DNA of 62,147 bases, filler included, from Candidatus Woesearchaeota archaeon CG1_02_57_44 (GTDB lineage: Archaea > Nanobdellota > Nanobdellia > Woesearchaeales > CG1-02-57-44), in NCBI GenBank assembly GCA_001871415.1. It is 5 parts of 5 records of this genome, joined end to end, with 100 filler letters (N's around TTAATTAATTAA, not from the genome) between each part and the next. Parts side by side here need not be neighbours in the genome. Positions count along the whole stretch, not along the records: positions 1 to 10,671 come from MNWW01000059.1; positions 10,772 to 21,347 come from MNWW01000068.1; 3 more parts are not named here. The stretch is one strand, 5' to 3'. Of this stretch, positions 7,499 through 17,730 are shown piece by piece. A program made the position numbers and the translations under genes. The notes under the pieces are model-generated. The model had not been told where the DNA came from, ran no database searches, and worked only from the letters and a program-made list of their open reading frames with translations. The number at the start of each line of letters is the position of its first letter. Position 1 is the stretch's first letter.

Positions 7499-10400
7499 AT
7501 GGGCAAACAAGGCACAACTCCAGATACAGCCATTTCTAGCGTCTCGTTCAGGGCGCTCTCCCTGGTGCTTCTTGCCTTGTTCATCGTACCCGTAGCGTCA
7601 GCTTTCGAGTGGCACGGCCGTGTCAAGGACTCTGGCACGAATCAGCTGCTGGCCAATGTCTCTATCAATGTATCCATCATGGTTCAGGATCAGGTGACGG
7701 AGAGCTGGAATGCGACCAGCAACGACACTGGCGATTTCATCGTCAACATTACCACGGAGAACCAGGTCTATAAGGTGAACATGATCTACCGTGGCGACGG
7801 CGAGAATGTCTCGCGCGTCGGTCCCCTTCTGCCAGAATTCCCCCAGGATGTCTTCGTGCCCAACTGTGGCGGCCCCTCCTGCTTCGGTGGTGACCTGAAC
7901 GGCTCCACCTTCAGCCTCGTGAACGCATCCTCTGTCTATGTGACCGCCTATACAGGAGGCGGCACAGCGCAGAACTTCTCTCTTGTCATCATGGACAAGA
8001 AGCTGGGCTATCCGACTCATATGTACATCAATCAGGAGCAGTGGAACTTCAACCTCTCCCTGCCGACGAGCAGGAACTACACGCTCATCGTCATGAACTT
8101 CAATCAGAACATCCCCCCGCGCGTCTATGATATCCTCTCCAGCAATCTCTCGGCAATGACTGGCGGGGCCATCTATTATGACCTTAACCTTACGACCATC
8201 CCGTTCGTGGTGAGCGGTTATCTCACGACAGTCGGCAACACCTCTGCGCCTACGTTCAAGGGCCTTGCGGCCAACATGTGGGTGGACGGCATGGTGCCTC
8301 CTGCCCAGGACATCCCGCAGGCGCTAGGATCGACAGACTCCATTGACTCCGCGACCGGTTTCTACAACTTCACGCTCATCGGCCCGGGCGTGGACTACAT
8401 GCTCTTCGCGTATGGCAACGACACGGCCGGCCAGTTCGCGGGCTATCAGAACGTGTCGGTCTCGGCCAACACGCAGATGAACATCTCGCTCTACCCCCTT
8501 GCGGGGACGTCCAAGTCTGTGGGCGGCAGCTTCGGCTATCTGGGCAATGTCTCAAAGGTGACCTTCCATCTGCGCGATGGCAACCAGAACAGCAGCGCAG
8601 GCCAGGCGCACGTGGACGGGGTGCTGACCACCACGGACGGGACAGACATCCGCCTTATGACCGAGACGGACAGCACAGGCAACTTCACCATGATGGTGCA
8701 GCAGGGAGCAAGGCTCAAGCTGCAGGTGTTCAGCCAGCAGTATGCTCCCAAGAAGCTCACGCTCTATGGGACGGATCTGATAGATTCGCCTGACTACAAC
8801 ATAACGCTCAAGAGCTTCAACATGGAGCGTCCCGACGGCTCTTCCTTGGGCGACAAGGTCATGATCGACTTCTTCATCTCCAACAGCACCTGCAATAGGC
8901 CAGACGCCAACCGGACAGAATGTTCCTTGTTCAATGCCGCTCAGGCCGATCAGTTCAGTCCGCTGCAGGCCATGCTCGGCGGTGATCTCTCCCTGCGCCT
9001 GACCCAGACAGACACCGGCGTCGTGGTCCAGTACGTCAACGTCGATCTCCTTGCCAGCGGTCCGCCGGACGCGGAGTACAACGACCAACCTATCGACAGC
9101 AACACGGCAGGTTCGGCCCTCGAGAATGTCTGGCGCTTCGGCAGCCAGGGCCCGGACATCTACGATAAGGTGCTCATCGGCATTCCCTACAATGACACCA
9201 CCACCGACGAGAGCGGTGCATTCCACATAAACCTCAATTTCCTGTATGACGAGAGCTGGAACGTGATCTGGAACATCTCACTGAACAGCACCGCAGAGAT
9301 CCCAGGCGACTATGCCGAATACACGGTCGACCCTTATCTGCAGTACTTCAATGTCACGGACCCGATGTCCTGCAGCAAGACGGATCCGACCGCGACATGC
9401 TATGTGAACACCACGGATAACATGCTCTGGGTCACGGTGCCGCACTTCTCCGGCGTGGCTCCTGGCATCGATACCAACGGGTATGGTGATGTCAACCTCA
9501 CCGCAACGCAGGCGACCTACTACTGCATACCCGGGACCGTGTGCAGCGCCTACGTGAACATCACCAGCGGCAACGTCACCATCTCCGATGTCCTGCGCAA
9601 CCTGACGGTCAACAGCACCTTCACGGATGCGGGGATAACCTGGAACACATCGCTCTACAACGGCACGCTCTGGGATAACCGGACCGCGGATGGTTTCTGG
9701 CAGGACTTCAACCTGACCATCAATACGGCATTCCAGCTGCGCTTCGATTTCATGCTGCCGGACTACATGACGACCAAATGGGCGGTCAACCTGACCATTG
9801 ACGATCAGGTCATCAATGTGGTGCTCGACCCGTTCATCGACAGCATCAATATCAGTGCGCCTGCCGAAGGCCAGCTCATCGCGGGCAATCCGGTCATCAA
9901 CGTGACGTTGTTCTCTGACAACGCGACCACGCAGAACTGCAACCTGACCGTCGGTGGAGTCGACATCGGCAATTTCACGGCCACCAACGGCACCGAGGTC
10001 AGCTATGCGGCGAGCTACAGCACGAATGGCACTTACAGCTGGAACGTGTCCTGCGTGGACGCCTACGGTAACCTGGGCTATTCAGCGACCCGGACACTCA
10101 TCGTCGACAGCCAGACGCCAGAGGTGTCCGGCATCCTGCCGACCGCAGGCAGCGAGGATGCGGTGATCAGCTTCAACGCCACGGTCGCCGATGCGAACAT
10201 CTCCTCCTGCAACCTCTATGTCAACAGCTCCCTGGAAGGCGCCATGGACGTCACCGGCGGTTGGGCAAACAGGTCGGTGACCTTCGCGCAGCCGGCAACC
10301 TACACGCTGCTGGCGAACTGCACAGACAGCGTCGGCAACTATAATGACACCATGACGACCAATGTCACCATCGCGGATGTCACGCTGCCGACCGTCAGTG

Positions 10401-10671
10401 TCACTTCACCGAATGGCGCCGAGAACATCTCCGGCACCGTGACCATCGCCTGGACAGCCGCTGACAACGTGGGAATCAGCAACGGCAGCCTCGCTGTCGA
10501 GTACAGCGATGATTCAGGCGCGACCTGGACGCTCATCGAAGAGGCACAGAACAACACCGGCACCTATAGCTGGCCTGCGGCCGCTATCAACAGCGCGAGC
10601 GTGCGCGTGCGCGTGAATGTGAGCGACGCTGCCGGCAATGAGAACAATGATTCCTCTGACGCGGATTTCAC
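7499..10671 (+). CDS. Large secreted surface (S-layer-like) glycoprotein with Ig-like repeats; truncated by contig end
   Basis: Sec signal peptide (VASA|FEW); very dense N-x-S/T sequons; VPHFS motif; Ig-like YSWNVSCVD.GN repeats. Confidence 0.75.
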
Positions 10672-10771
10672 NNNNNNNNNNNNNNNNNNNNNNNNNNNNN
10701 NNNNNNNNNNNNNNNTTAATTAATTAANNNNNNNNNNNNNNNNNNNNNNNNNNNNNNNNNNNNNNNNNNNN
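10672..10771. other. Artificial contig linker
   Basis: N-run, TTAATTAATTAA, N-run (100 bp). Confidence 0.98.
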
Positions 10772-10950
10772 AGAGCAGCGCGAGATACCACGCGCTTGAG
10801 CGGGCCATGCAGCCGACAAGTGCCGCGGGCTTTAAATATGTTATTGGACAGTAACTATAGAGATAACAAAAATCCGCCACTCGGCGCTAACCGCGGCCTG
10901 AAGGCCGCGGTATTACCGCGCCTCGTCATTGCAGGCGGATTTTTGAATTG
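10772..10950 (+). repeat. 179-bp direct repeat identical to 20953-21131
   Basis: Exact match at offset 10181; includes gene flank plus part of the element. Confidence 0.95.
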
Positions 10951-10999
10951 CAAAGCACGTCCTGAAGGACGGGGTATTCAACCCCGTGCTTTGCAATAA
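10863..10999 (-). mobile_element. Double-hairpin element, copy 2 (full length)
   Basis: Reverse complement of 107-243 with one T>C variant (GGCGGA). Confidence 0.8.
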
Positions 11000-11136
11000 C
11001 AAGGATCAACCAGCAATGATCATACTGAAGAGAAAGTGAAGAGAAAGCACAAGAGATCCGGAGCATCATCCATCCCGAACGCATCATGAGACAGACACCA
11101 TCCCCCAAGGGCATGCGCCACCAACACAGGCTTCAC

Positions 11137-12348
11137 ATGAACAAGCGAGGCGGCACCGGCTTTGACATGCTGATAGACTTCATGGGCATCCTCAAGTGGA
11201 CCTTCTTCATCATCGTCGTGTTCGTGTTCATCGGCCCACAGGGCTGCATCTTCCGTCCCGCGACGCAGCGCATTGACTCTGCCACCTCTGACGGACCCCA
11301 GCTCTCGCTGGTCCTGCTCGACCTGCTGCGCTCACCTGCCAATCTCGGCGTCGGGACCACCGCGGCGACCCCGTCGGCAGCAGCGTCAATAGGTACAACA
11401 GCAGGATCGTCCAGCACGGCCACCACCAGCACAGGAAGCGGCGCCACAGGCAGCAGCACGACCGACCCCAGCCTCGCGGAGATCCTCCAGAAGGTGAACA
11501 AAGGAGACGCCGCCATGACCGACTGGTTGCGTGTGAACCTTCCCACCCTGCTGCCCGACCCCTGGCGCTCGCACTACGGCCTTCGTATCGATTTCCCGTC
11601 CGGCTCCATAGGCTACACGCTCGCCACCCCCATCAGCCAGGCGTATGTGGCCGCGGACGATGGCGACGTCATCCGCGTCTCTGTCGTCGCGCTGCTCACC
11701 CAAGAGGATGCCCTGGAACTAGGATTCAATGACCTTGGCGAAGCGCGCCTTGCCGAGTACAACACTGCAGAGGGACTGGAGACATTCAGCGTCCCAACTG
11801 GGGGCAGCGGCTCATTCAATGCAGAGGGCATGCCGACGGACTGGGGATATACACCGTCAGGAACCTGCGCTGATGTCGTAGAGTACGCCTTCGGCTACCT
11901 TGGGACGAGCTACGCCTCGACCGGCGCATGCTCGGCGAGCAGGGCCCGCGCAGGACAGTGCAGCACCCAGTGCGGCAGCTTCGTGAGCAATGTCTTTCGC
12001 TACAGCAGAGGCCCGGCCAGCATCCCCTGGGGCAATGGCAATGAGAAATGCAACAGCGACCAGGTCACCCGTGTGTGGAGAGCCCCTGACAGCCTGCAGC
12101 CAGGAGATATCTTCAGCATCCGCAGCGGAAAATACGGCCATACCGGCATGTACGTCGGCAGAGGCTACTGGGGGGTGGACGCGAAAGGTAACTATGTCTA
12201 TTCGCAGGATCCCAACGGCAAGTATGTCTTTATCCACAGCACGACCGGCTGTAATCCCATCACCAAGCGTTGCCGAGAAGTACAGTTCACCTACTGGGAG
12301 AACATCGAACGCAGGAAGCCTATCTTCTGCAGGAACAAGGTGTGCTAA
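11137..12348 (+). CDS. Pilin-like N-terminus plus C-terminal NlpC/P60 cysteine peptidase
   Basis: MNKRG|GTGF followed by a hydrophobic stretch; Thr/Ser linker; TQCGSFVSNVF...LQPGDIF...GHTGMYVG...FIHST (Cys-His-His). Confidence 0.8.
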   Translation: MNKRGGTGFDMLIDFMGILKWTFFIIVVFVFIGPQGCIFRPATQRIDSATSDGPQLSLVLLDLLRSPANLGVGTTAATPSAAASIGTTAGSSSTATTSTGSGATGSSTTDPSLAEILQKVNKGDAAMTDWLRVNLPTLLPDPWRSHYGLRIDFPSGSIGYTLATPISQAYVAADDGDVIRVSVVALLTQEDALELGFNDLGEARLAEYNTAEGLETFSVPTGGSGSFNAEGMPTDWGYTPSGTCADVVEYAFGYLGTSYASTGACSASRARAGQCSTQCGSFVSNVFRYSRGPASIPWGNGNEKCNSDQVTRVWRAPDSLQPGDIFSIRSGKYGHTGMYVGRGYWGVDAKGNYVYSQDPNGKYVFIHSTTGCNPITKRCREVQFTYWENIERRKPIFCRNKVC

Positions 12349-15300
12349 TGACATCGTCCGCAACGCGAGTGCCAAAGGACCGCGTGTCTGCATCCGGCGG
12401 CTCGCCGTCCAGAGGGAGCGGCGCTAAGAGAACATGGGCTCGTCACCTTCGCCATTGGCGCCTCCATCGCTCCGGCAATTTCATCGTCATCGTCAACTGG
12501 CTTATGATCGGCATCATCCTCATCGCCCTCGTGCTGATGCAGCGCGACTTCGAGCAGGTCTGCCCGGACGGCGCCTGCGCCATAGGCACCCTGCAGCTGC
12601 AGACCATCTCCACGTCCGCCGCATCCGCGAACGCCCGCTGGTATCTCGGTGAGGCCGCGGGGTATGCCATGCAGGAAGCATTGGACGACCTGTACGCGTC
12701 AGGCATCGCCAGCAGCTGCTCGAGTGCTTCAGGCGTCGCTGTATTCTCCTATCAGGGCAATAGCTGCGTGCCGGACACAGCCGCCATCCGCGACGCGCTC
12801 AGCAAGAGCTTCTCCTCACGCATGGAGCCCTACAGCAAATCCTATATCATGGAACAGTACGCGAGCGTCCTGCCCTCCAGCTATGATGTGACGCTTGATA
12901 CGGTAGCCATCGCGACGTCACGCGATCCCCTCATCATCGCGCGCCTTGCCCCGATGGACACGCTCACAGACGATGACGCGACACGCATCGAGCGCATGAC
13001 CGACTGCGCGGCGACCCTCGCAAAAGCAGCGTCAGACCAGGCAGGTGTCGGCGGCTACGCGCCGACCGCGCGGCCCGGTTCTGCCGGCATCACGCCCCGC
13101 GCGTTCTCACCCTCGTCGTTCACGCATTGGGTGTACCGGGCGCTGGATATCGACATAGGATTTCCTGCATATCAACAATATCTGTTCATGGACGCGAACA
13201 CCGCCCAAGGCAGCCGCCTGGTCATCGACGACGGCACACACCTTGACCCCGGCGTCATAGCGTCGCGCCTGCAGCCAGGCGACCTGCTGTTCTTCAACGG
13301 CGATCACCCGCAAGGACCTCACCACATCGGCCACACCGGCATCTACCTTGGCTCAGGCACCTTCGCCCATGTCACCACCGCAGGCGTCACCATCAGCACG
13401 CTGGCAGCGCACCTGAGCACGCCCGAAGGGACGCTGCAGGCGGCCGCCCGCGTCTGTCCTGACGTGGTGAGCAGCGCCGCCGGCGGCGCGAGCGCCACGA
13501 CCGGCACCATCGGATTTGGTACCCTGACCCCTGCCACCATCACGCTAAGCACCGACGGCTCCCCGGCGGCAGACCAGGTAGCAGCCACGCTCAAACAATC
13601 ACTGGCCTCGCTAGGCATCACGGTCGACCAGAAAGGAGTCAGCACCTCCCCGCACCTTCGCCTGAGCCTGGGCACCGGCATCGACCGGGCAGGCATCTAC
13701 TATGGCGCGCCCGACCCTGTCAGCGGGGCCGTCAATCCGTCCATCGCCTCGCGCGAACTTCGCGCCGCGGACCAGCTCTGGCGCGCGTATCAGACGCTGC
13801 TCCCTTCCACTCAGCCCCAGCAGCGAGGTCCCGAGCTCATCTTGGCCCGCGACCCTCCACGGGCAGCAGTCGCGACTACAGCGACGGGAGCCGGCACGCC
13901 CGCAAGCGCAAGCACCTCCACGACCCCTGGTAGCATCCTCCCTGGCAGCGCACTTCCCGTCGGCGCGTCGACGAGCACGGGCAGCCCGACCACGAGCGCC
14001 ACGACGTCGTATCCTCCTGGCATCCATCTCGACCTCGTCGCTCCAGGGTCCGACGGCATCACATTCCTCTCCAGCAGCAACGCCCGCGGCACCTTGGACG
14101 AACAAGTCGCCAGCACATTGGCACTCGCCATCTACACGTTCCTGCGCACGGACGACCCACGGATATCCTTCAAGTCATCCTCCACCGGAAGCTCCCTTGG
14201 CATCTTCGACCTCACGGCGCCATACGACCGCCATGATTCAGAAGAGACGCTGCGAAAGTTCGAGAAGGACCTGGAAAGCAAAGGATTCTCACGCTACATC
14301 AATGAGCAGGCCGCTGCGCAAGGCATCGACGCTGCGCTCATCAAAGCCATCATCAAACGCGAGAACGACGGCCTGGACGCGAACAGCGGCAGGAACCCTG
14401 GCGACCCCCCGGTCAGCCCGCATGACGCGAGCATGGGCTACGGACTGATGCAGATAATCGCTCCCAACGCGTATCCCGGACTGAGCGGAGCCGAGGGCGC
14501 ATGCTGCATAGGCACGTGCGGGATCACCCCAGACACCATCACGGATCCGGAGAAGAACATCTGCTGCGGCACCTGCAAACTCAAAGCCCTGGCCGAGCGC
14601 TACGATAACAATCTCGAGCTCATCTTCGTGGGCTACAACGCGGGCCCTGGCGTCGCGGACCTGATGAAACCCTCCATCAACAACGTCCAGTCGGTCGCCG
14701 CATTCAACCAGCTGCTCCATGATTCGCTGGTGCACTTTGGCATCTATCGCTCGAACCCTGACCGCAAAGTCTTCATCACCTCTGGCTACGTGCTGCATGG
14801 CCTGCAGTACTATCAGTTCTTCGGCGGCGAGACCGGCGGCTTCGTCGACGACACCATGACGCTCGCGCAGCTTCGCGACGCTCCCATCCTGAGCAGCGAG
14901 CACGTCACACTGCTCGCCCAGCAGTCGCCGGACATCGGCCGCGACGTGAGCAGCGCCGCGGGCATCGCGGCAGACACCTACCGGTCCCTGCTCGCCTGCC
15001 TTCGCGACGGATCAGGCCAGACAGGCGATGATGACGCCACGACCTGCGTCTCTCGCCTGACCAGCCCCGGCACCACGGCGCGCATCGACGATACGAGCGA
15101 CGAGCGCATCCTGTACACGCATCTGGAGAGCATCACCCCGTCGGGAAGGACCCTCGCCTATACGGTCGCGGTCCGCGACATCATCCCTCCTCCAGCGACC
15201 CGCTGGCAGAGCATCAGCGCCTCTGGCGGCACGCTGTCGTTCATGTGGCAGGAGAATTTCGCCTCTGACACGGACCAGTACGAGATAGCCTGCGGCGGCA

Positions 15301-15605
15301 GCGTGCTGCACGACACAGACAACACAGAGCGCGGCTGGTCCTCGCCCTACACTGCCATCAGCTGCAACGGCCCCCTGATCGGCGGCAAGGAATATGAGTT
15401 CTCCATCCGCGCCCGCGACCAGCCCAAGGCCATCAACCCCAGCAACCCCACTCAGCGTGCGGACAACGCCGGCACGTGGAGCGCGTATCGTGTCACTATC
15501 CCCTATTGCTGCTACTCACCACCGAGCACCTTCTCCCCGGAGTTGCTGACCTGGCGGAACCATTGTGAACCGGGAGAATCATCGGTCGGCCTGAGCAATT
15601 GCTAG
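12348..15605 (+). CDS. Multidomain membrane-anchored muralytic protein: degenerate NlpC/P60, amidase-like remnant, lytic transglycosylase (SLT), FN3-like domain
   Basis: LQPGDLLFF...GHTGIYLG; IDAALIKAIIKRE, GYGLMQI, DPEKNI, GYNAGPG; YEFSIRARD. The ATG overlaps the upstream TAA. Confidence 0.8.
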   Translation: MTSSATRVPKDRVSASGGSPSRGSGAKRTWARHLRHWRLHRSGNFIVIVNWLMIGIILIALVLMQRDFEQVCPDGACAIGTLQLQTISTSAASANARWYLGEAAGYAMQEALDDLYASGIASSCSSASGVAVFSYQGNSCVPDTAAIRDALSKSFSSRMEPYSKSYIMEQYASVLPSSYDVTLDTVAIATSRDPLIIARLAPMDTLTDDDATRIERMTDCAATLAKAASDQAGVGGYAPTARPGSAGITPRAFSPSSFTHWVYRALDIDIGFPAYQQYLFMDANTAQGSRLVIDDGTHLDPGVIASRLQPGDLLFFNGDHPQGPHHIGHTGIYLGSGTFAHVTTAGVTISTLAAHLSTPEGTLQAAARVCPDVVSSAAGGASATTGTIGFGTLTPATITLSTDGSPAADQVAATLKQSLASLGITVDQKGVSTSPHLRLSLGTGIDRAGIYYGAPDPVSGAVNPSIASRELRAADQLWRAYQTLLPSTQPQQRGPELILARDPPRAAVATTATGAGTPASASTSTTPGSILPGSALPVGASTSTGSPTTSATTSYPPGIHLDLVAPGSDGITFLSSSNARGTLDEQVASTLALAIYTFLRTDDPRISFKSSSTGSSLGIFDLTAPYDRHDSEETLRKFEKDLESKGFSRYINEQAAAQGIDAALIKAIIKRENDGLDANSGRNPGDPPVSPHDASMGYGLMQIIAPNAYPGLSGAEGACCIGTCGITPDTITDPEKNICCGTCKLKALAERYDNNLELIFVGYNAGPGVADLMKPSINNVQSVAAFNQLLHDSLVHFGIYRSNPDRKVFITSGYVLHGLQYYQFFGGETGGFVDDTMTLAQLRDAPILSSEHVTLLAQQSPDIGRDVSSAAGIAADTYRSLLACLRDGSGQTGDDDATTCVSRLTSPGTTARIDDTSDERILYTHLESITPSGRTLAYTVAVRDIIPPPATRWQSISASGGTLSFMWQENFASDTDQYEIACGGSVLHDTDNTERGWSSPYTAISCNGPLIGGKEYEFSIRARDQPKAINPSNPTQRADNAGTWSAYRVTIPYCCYSPPSTFSPELLTWRNHCEPGESSVGLSNC

Positions 15606-15674
15606 CGAGCTGAGCAAGCGCTAGCGAGTAGACCAACGGGGGTACGGTTCAGCCATATCGCGACCCATCCCTCT

Positions 15675-16337
15675 TCAGGTCCTTTTCTCAACAGCAGTGA
15701 GATTCTCAATCACATCAAGCGACACGAGACCCTTGCGCCTGTCCTGGTAGTTGACAATTATCGTCGGCGTTCCCGTGACATTGAATATCGACTCCATGAA
15801 ATGCAGATCCTCGCTGAAGTTGTATTCCACGGCCAGCACGGTCGCCTGATAGCGCGCGCCAAATTCGTCGAGCACCTTGCCCTGGGCCCTGCTCGCCACG
15901 TCATCACCGTAGTAGAAGAGCACCACCGGCCCGATGTCGCAGCGCTGCGCGAACTGCTTCATGAGCAGGAAGGTGCGTATCTGCTGCAGATGATACTTGA
16001 CTTTCAGGTATCCGAAATCATCGCCGAGCAGACCGCCCGGCTCGGCCGTGATGATGCGCTGGCCGATGCCGAAGAGGTCGCGCTTCAGATCGCCCAGCCG
16101 CTGCTTTGCCACCGCGCAATCAGGGACCGCGGTCACCAGCTCCTGCTCGAGCAGAAAGCTCTGCTGATTAAGCTCATTGTCGCGCAACAGGCGCGTCACG
16201 TCATCAACCCCTCGCGTCCCCGTGATCCTTCCGACGACAATTCCCGCCAGGAAAAAGGCGAATACGACGAAGCCTACCACAAACAGACGATACTTATGCA
16301 TCCTCATGAGTCTCACCACCCTCATTCTTTTTGTCAC
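15675..16337 (-). CDS. Membrane-anchored protein with thioredoxin-like C-terminal fold (start uncertain)
   Basis: N-terminal TM; VLFYY...QGKVLD...FNVTGTPTIIVN. Confidence 0.6.
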   Translation of the reverse strand: MTKRMRVVRLMRMHKYRLFVVGFVVFAFFLAGIVVGRITGTRGVDDVTRLLRDNELNQQSFLLEQELVTAVPDCAVAKQRLGDLKRDLFGIGQRIITAEPGGLLGDDFGYLKVKYHLQQIRTFLLMKQFAQRCDIGPVVLFYYGDDVASRAQGKVLDEFGARYQATVLAVEYNFSEDLHFMESIFNVTGTPTIIVNYQDRRKGLVSLDVIENLTAVEKRT

Positions 16338-16425
16338 ATCGCATCAGCATGAACATCACCACCTGAACGCTTATCGTCGCCTCGTGGCACTGTCATCCCT
16401 GCACAGCCCCTCCTCAATCCCCCCA

Positions 16426-17730
16426 TCACCATCGCCTCTTGAGCTGGAAGAGCTCCTGCACACTCGCGGAGATCCAATATGCCAGGGTCACATACGGAAG
16501 CACCATCAGGAACAGCAGTATCGCACCAGGCTGCTTGAGCCGCTCGGTGCCAAACGAGTGTGCGGCATACAGGATGTAGAGCCCGACACAGGAGCTGATG
16601 AAGATGGGCAGGAAGATGCGAAAGTTCTGACCGAGCAGCAGCTCCTTGAGTGTCGGCACATTCAGGATGCGCGAGAGGAAATAATCCCGGATGATGATGC
16701 TACGGAACACGAACTCATAGAGACCCTGGACGGTGTTGATGATGATGACCAGCAGCGAGAGCAGCAGCAGCGGAGGACCGATGATGTTGAGGGGCAGCTG
16801 GAACCATCCCCACGTGCCGTACTTACGATTGAAGACCATGTTGCGATATCGCAGATGATTCTGGATGAACCCCCTGCTCCAGCGGATGCGCTGGCGCCAG
16901 AACTCGTCCATGTGCTCAGGCACGTCAGTGTAGGTGATGCTGTCATGCGCCATCTCAATGCAATAGCCTGCCTCCTTGAGGCGCATCGCCACTTCCAGAT
17001 CCTCGGTCATGGTCTCATGGTCAAAGCCATGCACCTGTCGCAGAATATCGGTGCGATAGACACTGAGCACCCCTGGCGTCACCCAGAGCGTGCCAATGGT
17101 GGAAATAATCTTTCTCATCAGCGCCGCCATCAGGTACTCGATGCGCTGCACCGCACCGAAGGCGCTCTGGTCATTGCGCACGCGGATGCTGGTGATGCCC
17201 GCCGCGACGCTGCCTTCCTTGGCGTCACCCTGCTCAATAAGCGGCACGAGATTGCGCAGCGCATCAGGATGTATGGTCGAATCCGCGTCCAGAACGCCGA
17301 AGAGCTCTGTATCGGCTATCGCCAGCGCTGCGTTGAGCGCGACGGATTTTCCCTCCTTGTTCTTTCTTAGCACACGGATCTTCGCGCCCCGCTCATGCAC
17401 CTTGCCATCAGCCCCGCCTACGGGAGTTGCCATTGCCTCACTATGTGGCCTTCGCATGGATGCAAGACGAGCCGCTATAGCAGGGGTGGCATCCGTGCTG
17501 CCATCGTCGATGATGATGATGGTGAGCTTCGCCTTCGGATAGTTGGACGCGAGAATGGATCGCACACACACATCCAGATTGTCGGCCTCGTTGTGCGCAG
17601 GCACGGCGATGGTGACAGAAGGATACCTGCGCATGGGCTGTCTCTCGAATCCCAGGTAGTAGAGAGCCAACCATACGGTCCCTAGGTACAAGAAGATGAA
17701 CGAGAGCGCCAGCGTGATGAGCGTGTTCAT
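16426..17730 (-). CDS. Processive GT2 glycosyltransferase (cellulose synthase/PgaC-like)
   Basis: VPAHNE, DDGSTD, DAD, TED and QRIRW motifs; flanking TMs. Confidence 0.9.
   Translation of the reverse strand: MNTLITLALSFIFLYLGTVWLALYYLGFERQPMRRYPSVTIAVPAHNEADNLDVCVRSILASNYPKAKLTIIIIDDGSTDATPAIAARLASMRRPHSEAMATPVGGADGKVHERGAKIRVLRKNKEGKSVALNAALAIADTELFGVLDADSTIHPDALRNLVPLIEQGDAKEGSVAAGITSIRVRNDQSAFGAVQRIEYLMAALMRKIISTIGTLWVTPGVLSVYRTDILRQVHGFDHETMTEDLEVAMRLKEAGYCIEMAHDSITYTDVPEHMDEFWRQRIRWSRGFIQNHLRYRNMVFNRKYGTWGWFQLPLNIIGPPLLLLSLLVIIINTVQGLYEFVFRSIIIRDYFLSRILNVPTLKELLLGQNFRIFLPIFISSCVGLYILYAAHSFGTERLKQPGAILLFLMVLPYVTLAYWISASVQELFQLKRRW

Noticed and set aside
10672..10771. TTAATTAATTAA motifs as biological sites, and gene adjacency across them
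   Set aside because: Standard all-frame-stop contig linkers; neighbourhoods across them are not real
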